NCBI GenBank assembly: GCA_030390025.1
Contig: CM059447.1
Span: 21,700,001 to 21,764,000 of the forward strand
Source: Squalus acanthias
Taxonomy: Eukaryota
DNA length: 64,000 bases
Direction: 5' to 3'
Under the pieces are notes generated by a model. It worked only from the letters and a program-made list of their open reading frames with translations, did no database searches and was not told the DNA's origin. Made by a program: the position numbers and the translations under genes. Within the stretch, counting starts at the first letter, position 1. Each line of letters begins with the position of its first letter. Below, piece by piece: positions 13,001-25,964 of this stretch.

Positions 13001-16000
13001 CTGCAATAACAAAGGAAGGAACAGAAGAATATTTAAGCTGTCCTACACATTAAAAATTGCACCAAGTAAATTCTTCACACTTCAAATGCAGCCACAACCC
13101 TGAGCTTTAACCCTAGTTGTTTGGATGACCACTCATTATTATCATAGCAACAGTTTCCATAGTATCTGGGGCAGAGAAGATGCAGCGAGACTCAGGGCTA
13201 TGAAATAAACTTGACATAGGAAACTGATTAATGTTTGACAGAGGATATAATCGAAACCTTAGAAACCAATTTTCTTCCCGAGCCCAAGTACAGGAAGATT
13301 ATTCCTACAAGGTGGTGAATCATTCTTAATCAGCACAGTAAAATGTTGAAATACAGAAAGCAGGGGGAGAAAACGGATCAGACATCAGAAAATCTGCAGT
13401 GTTTCTGTTCCAGAGGTTAAGAACTGTTAAACTGGAAGCTAATTAGAAAGACTAGAACAAGTGATTGTTTATACCTAAGGAAATTTACTGTGTGCTGTTA
13501 GTTGTCAAACAGTAGTTCATAATGTGCTTACATTCCTTTAGCTGCACATGTGAGAACCACAAAGCAGATTTCAATGGCAGTTTGTCACTGTCCGTGCTCT
13601 CTGTCTGCCCTGGTCATTTGCCTTTGTATCGCACATTCTTACTCTCTTTCTGCTGGTCATTCAGTATTCTAAACTCGCTTTTCTTCCCTTCTAAACAATA
13701 CCAGTTAAAAGTATTCTATTCGCATTGAGTTATGGCAAGTGAGCCTTAATATTAAATACAAAATTATAAACTGCCATTCTGTTCATTGCTAGTTTTCAAT
13801 ATTTTTAGCTATACTTTATGATTAAATGAAGATTTTGCAGATGTGATTCTGTGCTTCATGCAGCCAGAAGCACCTACTGTTAAGTCGCATTCTGTCCAAC
13901 TGCTGCAAGTCTTTTCTGGTTTAACACCAACTTAGTGAGTACTTCTACCTTGTACCTAGAGTATCCTTGACATTTTAACGCTCTAAGCAGTGTTTTATAT
14001 AACTTTCTGCTCATTTAGAGATTTTCTGAAGTAGCGCATTTAAAAATTACATTTACAAACAATTCTAATTAATTTCTGCAGACTTTAATTCTTTCAGACT
14101 ACTTTTGTTGAGTTTTCATTTTTTTTAGTTCAAATAGTCAACAGCGACATCCTCATCGGAGAGCTGTTTTGGAACCCAAGGTTAGAAAACAGTTGATTTA
14201 ACGTCAGTGGAGATGGTAACTATCCCAACATGCTTCAGAGTTCTTCACACTGTTTAGTGCAGCAATTCATTCAAAATAGTCCCTGAAATGATTTTCAAAT
14301 AAAAATTTGAAATACAATTAATAAGGTTTGTCACTTTTTTTAATTTTAAAAATGGGCCTATTTCATTATATGTGCTGTGTTTACCAGTTAATTATGTTGA
14401 CTACAGCTGGTAGAATTTCATATTTTTCAATAGCTACATTATCAAACTGTATAGCTCTTTGTTTTAATACAAGTAGAATGAGATAGCCTTAAGTATGTTT
14501 ATATGCTTCAAAAATTTTAAGAAAAAGTCAAAGAAATTTGCAATGTCTTCTGTACAAATCTGCCATGATGTCGGACATTAGAAATGTGTGCCAGTAAAAT
14601 TAAGCACTCTTATTTAGTAGTCCAGCCAAAAATCAGTGCGCCTTCCCTAATGAAGAGAGGGGAATTTGAATGTGATTTAATTGTACAGGGTACAATGTTT
14701 TTTGGGACTGCACCAATCTGCTGGTTCAGGGGTGGGTTGATGGTGTGTGGATGCATCATGACCAGATGGGGCGGGCCTGATGGTCTTTCTCACCTTCTTT
14801 TGTATGTTCATATTATTGTAGTTGAAAAATTGAGATACAAGCAGCTTACCCCAGCACCGATTTGAGAAATTGATGTTGGGAAATCCCAATCACTACTAGG
14901 AGGAATGGCCTGCAATCAGAGGGTTAATGCTGAGAGCTTAAGATCATTCCAACTGCCTTTGTTAATCCATGCCTGAATGTTTCTCTGGTGCTGTAAAAGT
15001 CTACCACACACCAGTGTACATGCCATCCTTCTGAAAGAGTACTGTGAGCCCTTCCACTGTTTTTAATTATGATGTGTGGCATCATGAAAACAGAACTGGT
15101 TCTGACTGATTCAATTGTGCCTCAGTGTTTGGCTCATTGTTGTGGAAAGCAGCGAGGAAGCACTTCCTCAAACAATTGACCTTTTTCTACTGAGAAGAAA
15201 AGGAAATCTGCCTAATGCAGGAGGCGACCGAGGAGCAGGGAAAGCTGGGAAAATGCATTTGGCAGAACTGAGTGGAAGGTAACATGTCTTGAAACAACAG
15301 AAGCAATATTGCATTCTGTAAATCTGTTTGTAAAGTTCATCTATCTGGAGGTGTCCAATGTCAGGGTACAGGATTTACTAACAGCCATATTCTGTTATGA
15401 AAATAAGACAATGTTTCTTATGGAAAGGAAGGCTTTAGATATCCCATATAACAGTTGTGTTCTGAAAACAAGGCTGGGTTCTTTGACCTAAGTTGTTCTT
15501 TGGCACATTGGAGGGAACGGATTCTATAAAACATAATGATGAAACCACCCATGGGTTGAGTCACAGTCTGTATGTTTAGGTGCTGATAGTTCACCCACTT
15601 CACCACACCCTCAGTCTGTTATTGGGAATGGGAATTAACCATCAGATGATCACAGGGCCATGACTTTCACAGCTTTGGCGAGCATTTGATGTAAATACAG
15701 CTCAAATCTCACTCTCTATCTTTAGTGTAAACCAACAAAGAATGAATTATCAGCAAAAGTATTCTAGTTAGATTCCCAGTGGGAAATATAACCAGCGTTA
15801 ACTTTTAAGTTATTAGTGGAGAGGACTTTGATATAAGCATATTACGGGTTCATACATTGCTAATAGTAATTTGCAGCTTCATGTGAAAAGAGCTCGAATC
15901 TGTGGCTAATTTTTAAGATGCTATAATACTATTCTAATCTGCAGCTAAGACATTTTCTTAGTTTACAGAGATGTACAACAGAAGTTCTGTGAACAGTAAC

Positions 16001-16264
16001 AAGAATAAACAATGAAAGACAGAAGAAATGGGTTAACCACATTGAAGGAAATGGTCACTCTGACTAGTCTGCACTTGTAAAAACTTTTAACCTTAGTGCT
16101 GAAATTACTCAAATTTAAGCACTAGTAAAGCTGCATTATGTAAAATTCTTCCTGATCTGTGAAAGATTTTCCATAGATTCTCGCTTTTTTCACGAGGCTG
16201 CAAATTACTATTAACAATGTTACTGTATAAACGCTTAACATGCTTATATCAGGACAGAAACAGA

Positions 16265-16368
16265 ACACTCGGTGTTTATGCTCCACACAAGCCTCCTCCC
16301 ACCCTGTCAACATATCCTTCTATTCCTTTCTCCCTCATGTACTTATCTAGCTTCCCCTTAAATACATC
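16265..16368 (-). mobile_element. CR1 LINE 3' end fragment
   Basis: Reverse complement of the CR1 end at 62575-62685 (tttatgctccac...ttctccctcat...tctagc.tccccttaaat). Confidence 0.75.
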
Positions 16369-19300
16369 TGTGTCACAATCTATATCAGATTTTTCTCCAC
16401 TATTTTAATGGAAGTGTTAACCTGTTCAATTATAGTAATTTCTGACTTACAGTTTCATTTCGTGTGTCCTGTTTTGAGATGTAGCTTATTATCTATAAAT
16501 GTTGCCAAGTATAGTGATTCTAAACTAAATAGCTTTTCAAAGTAAGTAGTGGCATACGTTTATTCAACCAAAAACAAAGTACAAACTTTCATAGCGCCCT
16601 CGATGTCTCCATTGGTAAAGACAGCAAGTAACTAAGCCATACAGATCCAGAAGGTCTATGCTGAGTTAGCTGATATCTGCTGGGGTGGCAGTAGAGGTGC
16701 AACAATTGGCTTCACCCTGTGCCAGGCAGGTGGGTCTATGATTGTGCTGTAGGGATAATTGCGCAAGTGTTAGCAATGTAAATATGGATGGATGTTGCTG
16801 TCCTGTGAACTGAACTACAAAAGCGCTAAATATAAAAGCACTTTAAATGTAGTGCAGCTCATTGCTGTACTGACAATCTGCATGAAGATACTTCAGATCC
16901 AGCATCTCCAATAAAACAGTTCTGAAAATGCAAAGCTGGGAATTTCCACTTGGGATACAGCAAAAAGTGGAAGGCAATTCAATCAGTGCTGCTCTTAATT
17001 AGCTTCTAATGGGTGAACACAGAGAAAAAACAGTAGAGGCTGAGGAGCAAGTCACTTGACCGCTCTCTTGACCAGCTAATGTCTGTGGTATAGGGGGACT
17101 TGACAGGAGCACAAAATAAGAGAGATATATAAGTAATTAAAAATGCTAAAAGAGTGATAATACAGAGGGAAACAGTAGACCTAGCAGTAGATTGCTGAAG
17201 TCCTGACCTATAGAGTCACAAATTTGAGTCGCAGCCTTAATTGGGATTGAACGTCATCTGTTCTTAGTGCATGGATTTCACTGGTTTTCAGCCAGGTCAC
17301 AGCACAGCAGCAGCCTGCTTGATCTCAGCAGGGAAGATTTGACCTTGTGCACTTCCTACCAGCTGATCACCAAGTGATATCAATGGCAGTGATGCACGGG
17401 TGTGTGACCTAGACTGTCCCATGCTCATGACAGAAAGAAGGAGGATAATAGCAGCACAGGGGAGGATATATTAAACATATAAATTCTAAAACCTTTCATT
17501 CCTGAGGGGGGTGATGGTGCTTCAAGATGAAAATAAGCTAAAACTAGACCAGGGAAAAGAGGATGTGAAGTATGAATGAGGTAGACAAAGCTTGTTAAAA
17601 GGACACGACTAGTACTGTACAGTAACATATAAACAAACTGCACTGTTTTACTGAGGATGTCCTATATTTCCACTGTGTAGTATCCAACCTGTATAAGAGC
17701 ATTGTGTGTGAATTAATGTACTTTTCCTGTTATGTTAATAAAGTCAATACAAAAAGGAGTCAGTCTAATGTGGGTGTGTTTCTGAGTACTTTCCCCAGTG
17801 TTAAATAATAGGAATTAGGTGTATTACAAAATCAGACGGCTATCAGTTATATGCCATTTGCTATGGTTCTATATAATATAATCCAAGATTGAGTCATTTT
17901 GGAAAGGCAAAGATAAAGCAATTTGTTAATTTAGATTCGGATAATGAACTAATGGATCAGCTGTATGGTGACTATTGAAGAACCAGATGAATCAGTACAT
18001 TCTGATGTTATACTGTCAATTTGATACTGAATCTATGCTTGTTTAATCTAACATTTCACACAGCAGAGGAGTTTTGTTTTAAAGGCCAATCTACAACATT
18101 TCAATCTTTCCCTGCTTTATTGTTTCAGACTATAACCATTCTACATAAATATTGTAATCAAAGTTGTTAATATTCACACCAATATGCATTGTGAAGGAAT
18201 AAGCAATATACCTATTCAGAAAAATACACCATTCTATAAAAGAATTCTGACTTTATTAAAACATGACATACTAGGGCTTGAAAATCTAAAAAGCCTCAAC
18301 AATGGAGAAGCTGTAAACAGCATACAGGCTATTGAGATAAGATAAGTTGTTGACACTGAATCAATAACCTTATTGAAACAGAAGGTTGGAGGCTCCTGAC
18401 GTCTGAGTCTTTGGAAAAAAGACAATGGTACACCCAGTTAAGGTGTTTTAAAGTACACTTTGTAAACAAACACAGAAAATTAAGAAACATATGCCTTCGT
18501 GGGAATGGCATCAAGTAGGAGAGGCACCAGCCATCACATTGTTTTTGTGTTGAACTTGGAACACCTAAAGGAGAGACACGAGTCTGCTTGCTACCAGCTA
18601 AACTGACTGTAAGAATAGAAAGGGCCAGCAGAAAAATGACTAGAGATAATTAGCTTACATCAGCAGAAAACTTCAAAGGAAATACCACTGAGAAAGGGTA
18701 TAAAAATTGAACTTTTAAATGGGAAGATAGATTCGCTGTAAAAGGGCAAAGCGATTCTCGGCTTCAGAGGCAAGCTCTGTAAGTCTACAACTCTTTGAGT
18801 CTCAGGGATCAAGGTACTTGTATTTGATTTTGGTGGATATCCTGGAATAAACTAAGAACTGTAAAACTAGCGAAGTTAAGATTTGAGAATAAGGATCTCT
18901 GATAAGATTGTAAAAGCTTACTCTGTTTTTGGAACTGTTAATGTTGCGATTGAATCACCAACTGTAAATTACATGTCGGTTCTTTAATAAATCTATATAT
19001 TTTTAGAATTGTCTCAAATAGTACTTCTGTGTCAAACTCGCAAACTCAATCTCTGTAAGCTCTTTGGTGAGGAGTTGCAGAATTCTGGGGGAGTTTTCCG
19101 GACCCTCATAATATCCGGAACGTTACAGTCTAGCTAAACTTATTAAAAGTGCTATCTGGAGGACGGTAACATCTTCAGGTTGTTCCTTTCCTTTAGGGAG
19201 AGATAGTCTGGACCTTTAGACCCAATTAAGCGTCTTTAGGATTCGGCTACCTCTAACTTTAGTTGAAAGTGAACGTCTGGGGAATACGCCTGATCCGGGG

Positions 19301-21034
19301 TAGCCCGAAAGGGGCTAGGACTAGTAATAATCCCTTCAGCATTACTTTGAATTTACCAAGAAAATTAAGGTCCAAAACTGAAGTTCCAATGGTTAAAAAT
19401 TCCCAAAACTCTTAATATAAGGGATAATTTAAAAATATGTTCACAGAGATTCTCTCCTTTGTCACTCTCTAGTTGGAAAGTGTAATCCTTACCTGGAATG
19501 TCCTATTTACATTCAAAAATCTTAACTGATTAATTGTACCTTCCAGGCAGTTCAGTTTATTTTGAGTCAAGTTATTTTCTTACCTGCTTCCTCCCATGTA
19601 TAGTTTGTTTCTCAGTTAAAATTGCCATCTTCAATCACTGCCACCTAGTTTCAAATCAATTGCCTGAGAAGATTATGATTACCCCAAACCCTAACCCAGT
19701 TATTAATGAAACCCTTTCCTTGCTTTCTGTATCATTGTCTCAACCACTTGTTGAGAATCATTCTCAGTAAACCAGATTAATACCACTTTAGGCTCCCTCT
19801 CATGAAACTGTTTTACTGCCATTTTAAAAATGCCTTTCAATACAACCATTGTATTCAAATATAACAGGTCATCCAGTGTTTACCCTGCCTCTTTTAAAAG
19901 CAATTACTTTTTGCCCAAATAAACACAAATTGTTTGATTCTCCGTATGTTTTCCTTATGCTTCCTGCACATTACCTACCTCCTATCTAGATCCTACGCCA
20001 CTTTCATTTTACTTCATTTCTCAGTATCCTGAGTTGCTTCCTCAACTCCTAGCTCCATTCTCACTGACTTTATCGTTCTCAGCCCAGTTACACCCCTTTT
20101 TATCTGATCGTGGTGACTATTGTCTTTATTCCTCCAGAACCAATCTTGTTGCCCATCTTGTAGTCTTTTCTCCTACCCTATGTGCTTTTCCACTCTGACG
20201 TGCCTTGTATGTTATTTCAATTTCCCTAAATAACTCTCCATTTGATTGTTTGGTCAGTCCCAGTGAGTAACAACCTGGCGTATTAAAAAAACTTCTTTAA
20301 ACTTTCTGTGTACACCAGCCGTTAAAGTAGGTTGGAATAACCTTCTGGTTCTTAAGGAAAAGTTATCTTGTGGTTTACAAAGCCACTTTTCCTTGAGAAC
20401 CAAAAAACTGTTTAGGAGTACTTTTGCCCACTTTAGCTATTACGATTGCTCTCTGTTGTACCCCATTCATCCACAGCTGCCAACATGGGGTCCTGCTCAC
20501 ATGCCTCTGCCAGTGCTGCTCGGAGGTCAACTGTTGTAAGTTTGTGAATGGCTCAGGATGACTCCCTGTAGGGAAGCAATTAAAGCCTCCTCCCAGTGAC
20601 ACTGCTAAGACCAGAAACTGAGCATGTAGAGAATTGCAAGTTGGGCTTGTATCTCATCACTTCCTCACGCAAGATTGGTGCTCTGACATGTCATGTCACC
20701 ACCATGCAGACCAATTATTTTCTTACAGTAAGCGGCAGCTAACAGAATGTCAGGTGTTGGCAAGTGATTTTGCCATGATTCAGGCAAAACAATTTTCCCT
20801 CATCCCGTTCAAACCTTCATACAGAGGGGTTGTCTCTCTCTATCTGCTTAACTCTTGCTGATTCTTAATTTACATCTGAAATCAACAGTAGACTTTTATC
20901 AAGTGTTTTTATAGTTTGAGCACTTGCTGAGTCACTGGAGCACGAGACAGTCTCACGCCTGATGAATGGGCACTTGGGCGAAGTACAGCTGAGCTGCCAG
21001 TGCACATGAGCCATATGAGTCACTGTCTTCAGGA

Positions 21035-24000
21035 GAATCGTAGTATGCTACAGCACAGAAGGAGGCCATTCAGCCCATCGTGCCTGTGCCAGAATATTTG
21101 GTAGAGCTATTCAATTAATCCCACTCCTCCGCTCGTTCCCCATAGCCCTGAAAATTTTTTCCCTTCAAGTATTTATCCAATTCTCTTTTGAATGTTACTA
21201 TTGAATCTGCTTCCACCACCCTTTCATGCAGTGCATTCCAGATCACAACAACTCGCTGTGTAAAAAAATGTTTCCTCATGTCGCCTCTGGTTCTTTTGCC
21301 AATCACTTTAAATCTGTGTCCTCTGGTTACTGACGCTTCTGCCATTAGAGCAGGTTATCTTTATTTACTCCATCAAAACCATTCATAATTTTGAACACCT
21401 CTATCAAATCTCCTCTTAATCTTCTCTGCTCTAAGGAGAGTGACCCCAGCTTCTCCAGTCTCTCCAAATAACTAAAGTCCCTCATCCCTGGTACCATTCT
21501 AATAAATCTCTTCTGCACCCTTTCCAAGGCCTTGACATCCTTCCTAATGTGTGGTGCCCAGAATTGAACACAATACTCCAGCTGAGGCCTAACCAGTGTT
21601 TTATAAAGGTTTAGCATAACTTTCTTGCTTTTCCTCATACACCCCCAGGTCTCTCTGTTCCTGCACCCCCTTTAAAATTGTACCATTTAGTTCATATTGC
21701 CACTCCTAATTCTTCCTACCCAAATGTATGACTTCACACTTCTCTGTGTTAAATTTCATCTGCCCATTTTACCAGTCTGTCAATGTGCTCCTGAGTCTGT
21801 TACTATCTTCATTTTTTGCTACATTTCCGAGTTTCATATCATCTGCAAACTTTGAAATTATGCCCTGTATACCCAAGTCCAGGTCATTAATATATATCAA
21901 AAAGAGCAGTGGTCCCAATACCGACCCCTGTGGAACACCACTGTATACTTCCCTCCAGTCTGAAAAACAACCGTTCACCACTACTCTCTGCTTTCTGACC
22001 CTTAGCCAATTTTGTATCCATGCTACCACTGTCCCTTTAATCCTATGGGCTTTAACTTTGCTAACAAGTCTATTATGTGGTACTTTGTCAAACACCTTTT
22101 GAAAGTCCATATACAAGTCCATAGGGGGTGCATGAACAGAGAGACCAGGGGGTATATGTGCACAAATAGTTGAAGGTGGCAGGGCAGGTTGAGAAAGCAG
22201 TTAAAAAAGCATACGAGATCCTGGGCTTCATAAATAGAGGCATAGAGTACAAAAGCAAGGAAGTTATGATGAACCTTTAAAAAACACTGGTTCGGCCTCA
22301 ACTGGAGTATTGTGTCCAATTCTGGGCACCACACTTTTAGGAAGGATGTGAAGGCCTTAGAGAGGGTGCAGAAAAGATTTACAAGAATGATTCCAGGGAT
22401 GAGGGACTTCAGTTTTGTGGATAGACTGGAGAAGCTGGGATTGTTGTTCTTAGAGCAGAGAAGGTAGACAGGAGATTTGATAGAGGTGTTCAAAATCATG
22501 AGGGGTCTGGACAGAGTAGATAGAGAGAAACTGTTCCCATTGGTGGAAGGGTCGAGAACCAGAGGACACAGATTTAAGGTGATTGGCAGAAGAACCAAAG
22601 GCGGCATCAGGAAAAACTTTTTTATGCAGCGAGTGGTTAGGATCTGGAATGCACTGCCTGAGAGAGTGGTGGAGGCAGACTCAATCATGGCTTTCAAAAG
22701 GGAATTGGATAAGTACCTGAAGGAAAAAAAATTGCAGGGCTACGGGGAAAGGGCGGGTGAGTGGGACTTAGCTGAAGTGCTCAGAGAGCCAGCATGGGCT
22801 TGACGGGCCGAATGGTTTCCTTCTGAGCTGTAACCATTCTAGGATTCTACATCAACCACAGTACCCTCACCAACCCTCTCTGTTACAGCGTCAAAAAACG
22901 TAGTCAAAATTAGTCAAACACGATTTATCTTTAACAAATCCATGCTGACTTTCATTTATTAGCCCATACTTTTCCAAATGCCAATTCATTTTGTCCCGGA
23001 TTATTGTCTCTAAAAGTTTCCCCACCACCGATGTTAGGCTGACTGGCCTGCAGTTGCCGGGTTTATCCCTCCCCTTTTTTAAATAGGGGTGTAACATTTC
23101 CAATTCTCTAGTCTTCTGGCACCACCCCCATATCCAAGGAGGATTGGAAGATTGTGGCCAGAACCTCTGCAATTTCCACACTTACTTCCCTCAGTAACCT
23201 AGGATGCATCTCATCCAGACCGGGTGACTTTTCTACTTTGAGTACTGCCAACCTTTTAAGTACATCCTCTTTATCTATTTTTATCCTATCCAATATTGAT
23301 ACTGCCTTCTCTTTTACTGCTACATTGGCAGCATCCTGTTCTCTAGTGAAGACAGATGCAAAGTACTCATTTAGTACCTCATCCATGCACTCTGCCTCCA
23401 CAAGAAGATTTCCTTTTTGGTGCCTAATCGGCCCCACACTTCCGTTGACTACCCTTTTACTATTTGTGTTTATAAAAGACATTTGGGTTCCCTTTTATGT
23501 CAGCCGCTAATCTATTCTCATACTCTCTCTTTGCTCCTCTTATTTCCTTTCTTAGATCTTCTCTGTACTTTCTATATTCAGCTTGGTTCTCTACTGTATT
23601 ATGAACCTGATAATTGTCATAAGCCTCCTTTTTCTGTCTCATTTTAACCTCTATATCTTTAGACAGCCAGGGAGTTCTAGCTTTCGATTCCCTTCCTTTC
23701 CCCCCATAGGAATGTGTCTAGTCTGTACCTGAACCATCTCCTCTTTGAAAGCCTCCCATTGATCAATTACTGTTTTGCCTACCAATTTTTGATTCCATCC
23801 ACCTGGGCCAGATCCCTTTTCAACTCACTGAAGTTAGCTCTCCTCCAGTTAAGTATTTTTATGCTTGATTGTACCTTGTTCTTTTCCATAACTATTCCAA
23901 ACCTGATGATATTATGATCACTGTTCCCCAAATGCTCTCCCACTGAAACATGCTCCATTTGCCCCACTTCATTCCCTAGAACTAGATCCAGCACTGCTTT

Positions 24001-24125
24001 CTTCCTCGCTGGGCTTGAAACACACTGATCAAGAAAATTCTTTTGTACACATTTCAGGAATTCCTCCCCCTCTTTGCCCTTTACACTGTTACTATCCCAG
24101 TCTATATTAGAATAATTGAAGCCTC
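21035..24125 (-). mobile_element. 5'-truncated, decayed CR1 LINE (endonuclease C-terminus, RT, 3' end), interrupted at ~22116-22848
   Basis: Minus-strand ORF fragments: GGFNYSNIDW/LDLVLGNE/SDHN (APE endonuclease), KSPGLDEMHPRLL, RPVSLTSVVGKLLE, QHGF, YMDFQKVFDKVPH, GVPQGSVLGPLLFLIYINDLD, KFADD, RPQLEYCVQFW, TRGHRFK. Multiple frameshifts. Confidence 0.95.
22116..22848 (+). mobile_element. CR1 LINE 3' fragment inserted in opposite orientation inside the larger CR1
   Basis: ORF 22477-22803 (IEVFKIMRGLDRVD...TRGHRFKV...WNALPERVVEA). Ends in a ccattctaggattct tail. Confidence 0.92.
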
Positions 24126-24874
24126 CATTGAAGATTGAGGAAACAGTGCCAAACAAAGGCAGTTTCAGTCACCCTTGGTTATCTTCCAGTTTTTCCACCG
24201 AGGTGACCTTCAGCATTGCTTTATTGTCTCCGTGTGAATGCCTTTGGCTGCCCAGTAGGGTTTTAGCTACAGGCTAGTATAAACTAAGCACTGCATCACA
24301 AAGGGGAACTCTGAGAACTGAGCACAGCATTATACATGAGCTTTATGCAGAAAACAGTGCATTACAAAAGAACATTTTACTTAAACCCTGCTTATGCTTT
24401 TATTCCTCTTGAAATTGCCTTCAGTTTGGGTCAGGAACCTTAAACTTTATACAGATTGCTGCCTGAGGAGGTATTAAATTGTCTGTTCAATGCATGCGCT
24501 GATCTTCATTTACATCGGAAATTCGTGGGAGATTTTTTTATCAGCTTCGTTGTATTCAGCAAGTCTGAAGGGCAGTGGTACAAAAGTACTCTGAAATCTG
24601 ATCATAGTAAATTAATCTGCTTGAATTATGGTTGTCCAATTGCTGTGATTATGTCACACTTTCACAACAAATGTAAAGTTATGTCAAGTGAAAACTGATT
24701 AATAATCTCCAAGTTAATTTCATTTGCTGGTAGAAATAAACACAGCAGGTCAGTAAGCATCTGGAAGTGAAAGACAGATGAAGGTTTCAGGTGGGACCCT
24801 TCATCAGAATTATTTAAACTATCCCTCTAGCTCAGTGCATAAATGCACCATATGGCATGTAACTCGGCCAAAGT

Positions 24875-25182
24875 AAACATACGAACATACGAATTAGGAG
24901 CAGGAGTAGTCCACTCGGCCCCTCGAGCCTGCTCCGCCATTCAATAAGATCATAGCTGATCTGATTACTCCACATTCCTGCCTACCTCCGATAACCTTTC
25001 ACCCCCTTGCTTATCAAGAATCTATCTACCTCTGCCTTAAAAATATTCAAAGACTCTGCTTCCACCGCCCTCTGAGGAAGAGTTCCAAAGACTCACGACC
25101 CTCTGTGAGAAAAAAATTCTCCTCATCTCTGTTATAAATGGCCGACCCCTTATTTTTAAACGGTGACCCCTAGTTCTAGATT
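24875..25182 (-). mobile_element. CR1 LINE 3' end, second subfamily
   Basis: (AACATACG)2 tail, then aggagcaggagtag.cca.tcggcccct.gagcctgctccgccattcaa. Same end at 44924-44981 and 53600-54020. Confidence 0.85.
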
Positions 25183-25251
25183 ATGTTTAATTTAATTTAA
25201 TTAATCCCTGATCTTGGCTCTTGAATTGTCCTTGGGCAAGGGAAGGGAAAT

Positions 25252-25537
25252 AAAAAAGAAAGACTTGCATTTATGATGTTGATTGAGGGATAAATATTGG
25301 CCAGGACACCGGGGATAACTCCCCTGCTCTTTTACGTCCACCTGAGAGAGTAGACAGGGCCTCAGTTTAACATCTCATCCGAAAGACGGCACCTCCAACA
25401 GTGCAGCACTCCCTGAGCACTGCACTGCAGTGTCAGCCTAGGTTTTTTTTGTGCTCAAGTCTCTGGAGTGGGACTTTGAACATACAACCTTCACGGCTGA
25501 GAGGGGAAAGTGCTACCCACTGAGCCATAGCTGATAC
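25252..25537 (-). mobile_element. Deu-domain tRNA-derived SINE, internally deleted
   Basis: Reverse complement of the head, Deu core and tail of the copy at 50553-51010. Confidence 0.85.
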
Positions 25538-25779
25538 TAAAATCAACCAAAGTTCCTGGCCCTGATTACAGACTAATGATCCCAGCCGGAAAGTGTAAGT
25601 GCCTTTGTGGACAATGGGTCAGGATAAGATCAGGCTTGGCCATTATGCCCCCTATGGTTGAATAGCCTGCCAAGCTTACTGTCTAGTGTCACACTTTTTA
25701 TACTTGCCACTTTTCTCCCATTTGAGAAAAGTGGCGAGAAGAAAAAAAGTAAATAATTCCCCACTGGAGTATGGTTAAA

Positions 25780-25945
25780 GAAAAAAAGAAAGACTTGCAT
25801 TTATATAGCGCCTTTCACGACCATCGGACGTCCCAAAGCACTTTACAGCCAATGAAGTACTTTTCAAGTGTAGTCACTGTTGTAATGTAGGAAACGCGGC
25901 AGCCAATTTGCACACAGCAAGCTCCCACAAACAGCAATGTGATAA
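25780..25945 (-). mobile_element. Deu-domain SINE 3' portion
   Basis: gaaagacttgcatttatatagcgcctttcacgacc...aaacagcaatgtgataat, near-identical to 43640-43800. Confidence 0.88.
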
Positions 25946-25964
25946 TATTATTCACATGAGAGCC

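Noticed and set aside
15536-15586. C/D-box snoRNA-like motifs (ATGATGA...CTGA)
   Set aside because: Antisense to the host intron, only ~50 nt, and no terminal stem; expected by chance.
22023-22697. 224-aa minus-strand ORF
   Set aside because: Antisense reading of the CR1 insert; the same pseudo-peptide recurs opposite another CR1 end (21188-21388).
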